From Dimorphilus gyrociliatus (lineage: Eukaryota; Animalia; Annelida), in assembly GCA_904063045.1 (NCBI GenBank), contig CAJFCJ010000001.1, forward strand, positions 1,612,001 through 1,676,000: a stretch of DNA of 64,000 nt, read 5' to 3'. Of this stretch, positions 57,116 through 64,000 are shown piece by piece; position 1 is the stretch's first letter, and each line of letters begins with the position of its first letter. A program made the translations under genes and the position numbers. Under the pieces are notes generated by a model. It saw nothing but the letters and a program-made list of their open reading frames with translations. It did no database searches and was not told where the DNA came from.

Positions 57116-57424
57116 TCTTAAAATTTATTCTAATGGTTTCGGAGCTATAGTATATCTTGAAATTATAAATGCATCGTTATTTTCTCTTAAGACACGCTGT
57201 TTACATTCGGATATACTCCAGCGTAAAAAATTAAAAATGGCGTCGTCTGATAACACTTTCTCTCTGCCAGTCATTTTTAAAAAGTTCAATTTTATTACAA
57301 AATAATTTTTGCTTTGTTATAATTTGTTTTATAATTTCATAATATCTATGAAATATTAAGTTATTTTATAACCTATCGTGAAGTTATACGAGAAGATCCA
57401 CTAAATTTGATATCATGTATGAAA

Positions 57425-57447
57425 TCACGTGGTGGTGGTCATGTGAC
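57425..57447. promoter_or_regulatory. E-box (TCACGTG) plus CLEAR/M-box-like GTCATGTGAC in the ZC3H10/C2orf76 bidirectional promoter
   Basis: Both motifs are seen directly in the 392-bp head-to-head gap. Confidence 0.35.
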
Positions 57448-57507
57448 TGGAGTCTTGCATGCGTTTCGATCTTTGACAAAATTTTCAATATTTGCATTAA
57501 GTTTGTG

Positions 57508-58099
57508 ATGGAAAATACAGAAAGTCACAGCAAAGTGACAATAACAGCTCGTTTCATTAGATCCTTTGAACACCGAAACATAAAACACCTAGTCCTTCAA
57601 AATGTTGACACTAGTATGAAGACAGATGAGTTTTTAGCTTTGGCAATAGAGACGCTAAAGAGCAAATCAAATATACCAACTCCAATAAGGAATTATAATT
57701 ATAGTGAGTCTTAACTAAGAAAATCTTTCTAATTTACTTCTCAATTTTATTGTATAGACACAATGAAATTGGAACATAAAGCTCATAAATATAAGGTAAT
57801 ATCCTCCTTCTTTTAAAAATTATCTTTGTAGAACATAGCTAACACTAAAAACACTTCCAGGCAAATAATCCTTTGATAAATACTGAAAACGATGAAGAAT
57901 TAATACTTTCGAAAGATGCACTCCTTAAAAACTGCGGTATAGGTATATAAGAACAGAATAACTTATCTCTCTCCTTTTCCTCTCACGTTAAACATAAAAC
58001 AATGATCTTTTTATTTTAGATTGTGAATGTGACATCTCATTTTTCAACAGAGAAGACTATCAAAAGTTCAAAGAAAATCCTACATATAAACTAGAATAA
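57508..58099 (+). CDS. C2orf76: UPF0538 protein C2orf76 homolog, 4 exons
   Basis: VTITARFIRSFEHRNIK, PTPIRNYNY|DTMKLEHKAHKYK|ANNPLINTENDEELIL and ISFFNREDYQKFKENP. Confidence 0.9.
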
Positions 58100-58809
58100 A
58101 GTTTCTCTTTTGCTTTGTTTGAATCTCTGTTTAATAAATCATTGAATTTTATATATGCTATTTAATATTAAGAAGCCATTAGATCTTAAGTTATCAAATG
58201 AAATTGACTATTAATTTAATTGCTATATATAGAAATCATTGTTATTATTGAAAAAAAATTTAGAGGTACATATACAAGATACGTAAATTAATCTATTTTT
58301 CTTTTACATATGTTAGAACTAGTCTCTTATAATCTTAAAAAGAAACTTGCAGGTTTTAATTCGTAAATATAGGTTATTGCTCTGTTAATTACCACTTGAG
58401 AAACGTATTATTTAATATTTTAATATACTAAAAAAGGATTGTAAACTAGTTGAAGACTTAAATGAGTGTCAAAACAATAATGAACATAGCAACAAATACT
58501 TGAATTATTATGTACGGTTTAAGTAGAGTTTTATTGTTCCTAATTTCATGTAAAGTAGTCTAAAGCGTTTAATTAGGAATCGTCCGACAATATAAACTAT
58601 TTTTTTCTTTCTTAAGTATACTCTTTATTTTTCGTTCAATAAAATACTTAAAGTAAATAATAAAAGTATACGTGAGTCAATATTTTAAGCAGCTTTATAT
58701 AGAGGGAAAGTTCTCAGTTACAATTCACCTATTTTGGCGCTAGTTAGCTAGGATTATATATATATACTCTACTAACGGATCCTGTTTAATAAAGTATAAA
58801 GTCTAACCA

Positions 58810-59381
58810 ATGGACGAATTCTCAACTTCTCAATTACAGTCGCCGAGAAGAGACGAGGAGGAATCTAATTATGATATTATTTTGACAAATGATCGTTTAA
58901 ATCAGTTTTTAGTTCCTATAGACAGTCCTAGAAGGGTTAGTATTCAAACAAGAAGTGATGATCAGAGTGCATTTAGATTGGACTTATCTGGAAAACTTGA
59001 CGAAACGACAGCACTATTTTATAGGTTTTATGAAAAAATCTTTTAACAGCTTAACACTTCTATTCTTAAAATATGTTATTCTATAGCTCCAGGCAGTTCA
59101 AAAGTAAGAAATTGACAGGAATTAATCTTAAATCAAATCGCTCGAAATTATCAAATGATTCCTTGCCAAAACTAACTGGAAAAAAGCAATGTTTAGAGAC
59201 TCCTAAACTGGTGGTTAAGGGAAGCGATCGGACATTTCTGCCCGCGATAGCTCTAAAGAAGTCGTTTAAAGGTTCGATAGGACACATTAGCAGCAAGTCA
59301 TCATCAGATACGAAAAAGAATTATATAGAAGAATGGCTTAAACAGGGAAAGGCAAAGTCACCATATTATGGCATATCGTAA
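58810..59381 (+). CDS. Unassigned Ser/Lys-rich protein of about 170 aa, 2 exons
   Basis: Two ORF-track ORFs join in phase through TATAG|gtttta ... ttctatag|C (short intron, about 59024-59085). Confidence 0.55.
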
Positions 59382-59623
59382 TAATTGAATTTTGTATTTA
59401 ATAATATACTAGAAGAAAAAATGAACTGTTCACTTATTTGTGAAATCATAAGAAAAGAAGATTATAGGATAAACTTTAACAATCTGAATAAAGATTAAAT
59501 GAAACGTTAAATGTGGGGGTTAACTGTAATTTGTAATATTCAATTGTAATCTAAAGTAGTTTTTTATTTTCAATTATTTAATTCACTACTTAATCATGCG
59601 TTGAAAAAATTGTATAGTTTAAA

Positions 59624-60179
59624 TTACCACGGAGGTGACATAGGCTGAGGATTTTGTAAATATGACATAACAACAGCGGATATTGATAACCTGCAAAAGA
59701 GATTAATAATATATCTATTATAAATATATATATTATATATCATTAACAATACACTTACATGAAACTACTAAGCATTTGCTTAGTATCCTCCGACGATCGT
59801 GAATTAGCAAAACTTATGAAAGCACAATAAACCGCTGCCCATGCGCACCATTTCATCTAAAAATGCGATGTATTCAACATTTGGCCACTATATTTCATAA
59901 AATGCTAACCTTTAACATAAGACCGCACATACTGAACACCATACCCAACAAATTCATATAATCCGGCGTCGGATCATCGACAACACTATTTGCTGGTGCT
60001 TTTGGATATCTGCGAAAGAAAAGGGCGAGTTGAAAATAGGGTGTAAATACTAAATACAACATACAAAAAGCCAAAAATGTATAGTTTGGCATGATACTTT
60101 CATAAAAGTTATTAATAAAAGGATACCTGTGAATTTTATTAGATCGTCTAGGGTCAGTTGAATTATTTGAAGAGGACAT
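59624..60179 (-). CDS. WDR83OS: PAT complex subunit Asterix, 4 exons
   Basis: [10 protein letters not shown]|YPKAP...[23 protein letters not shown]|[33 protein letters not shown]|[21 protein letters not shown]. Confidence 0.95.
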
Positions 60180-60875
60180 CTTCTAATTAGGGAATGACAG
60201 ACAATATATGTAAGCGTTTGGAGTAGAAAGAAAATTGAGCTATTTAAAATATATCTCCAAATGCAATCCAACTTTCAACATCGTATTTTCAAGTAGTTCA
60301 GGTATGTCATTAATATAGAAATATAGAGACAATTATTAAAATTATTCCTTTTTAATATATAATGTGATTTAGTCATGATCAAGCGATATTAGAGTGATTT
60401 TTGAATAAAAAATATAATCAATTCTATAGAACATAAAATAGAATTTCATTGCTGAAATTTTATGTTCTATTCATCAAATCATAAATTGCACTATAAATAA
60501 AATAAATTTTGATATTACTCTTGAAAATATGTGATTGTAAATGATTTTAATTTAAAAAAAAATTCAAAGAAACTGTATATAGTGGTAAATTTAGATAATA
60601 AGAATTTATATATAGAATCATTTACATGCAATATGAGCGAATGAATATCTATTATAACTCTCTACGTACCGTTCAAGCTCTATTTAGAGAACTTATTACT
60701 TATATTAAATTTCAATATAGAGTTTTTTGTTATGAAAATAAAGACACTTCGACTATTGCAGATTAGAAAAAATTTAGATTTTAGAAAATGCTTATAATAA
60801 AAATGAATTAAAAATTCCAATATTTCATTTTCGTATTTTATAAATGAAAATAGAATATCTTTAAGAAGAGAAAAT

Positions 60876-64000
<3,125 letters not shown>

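Noticed and set aside
56410-57305. Plus-strand ORFs overlapping ZC3H10 (and similar ones over CHPF and NOS)
   Set aside because: Antisense shadows of real coding sequence.

Overview
AT-rich (roughly 30% GC by eye) eukaryotic genomic DNA from an animal with a compact genome. Most introns are about 50-120 nt GT-AG, genes are often head-to-head or tail-to-tail, and (TA)n/(GA)n microsatellites are frequent. The gene content and intron sizes fit a compact invertebrate bilaterian such as a miniaturised annelid; this is inference only. Recognisable genes in order: UDP-glucuronate 4-epimerase-like (-, runs off the left edge), UQCR11 (-), MPDU1-like (-), SCO1 (+), SLC5A7 choline transporter (+), FBXL16 (+), a PDZ-less nitric oxide synthase (+), RRP1 (-), a BTB-zinc finger protein (+), CHPF (-), a RING-H2 protein (-), ribokinase (+), COX20 (-), ZC3H10 (-), C2orf76-like (+), Asterix/WDR83OS (-) and TTC39 (+, runs off the right edge). 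Several spliced genes could not be assigned to a family. Most notable observations: (1) an intact, three-exon, H3.3-derived histone variant with a heavily rewritten tail, nested antisense in a TTC39 intron, with a five-CCAAT promoter and an inverted repeat covering splice-donor-like hexamers; (2) an Asterix intron with a U12-type donor that is in frame and stop-free, so retention would add a hydrophobic segment; (3) a plant/bacterial-type GAE gene with spliceosomal introns; (4) recurrent non-coding motifs: TATA-CAG/CTG-TATA (Tc1/mariner footprint-like), perfect CRE palindromes and CTCF-like sites. No tRNA, rRNA, CRISPR array or intact transposon was seen. All gene models were spliced by eye.
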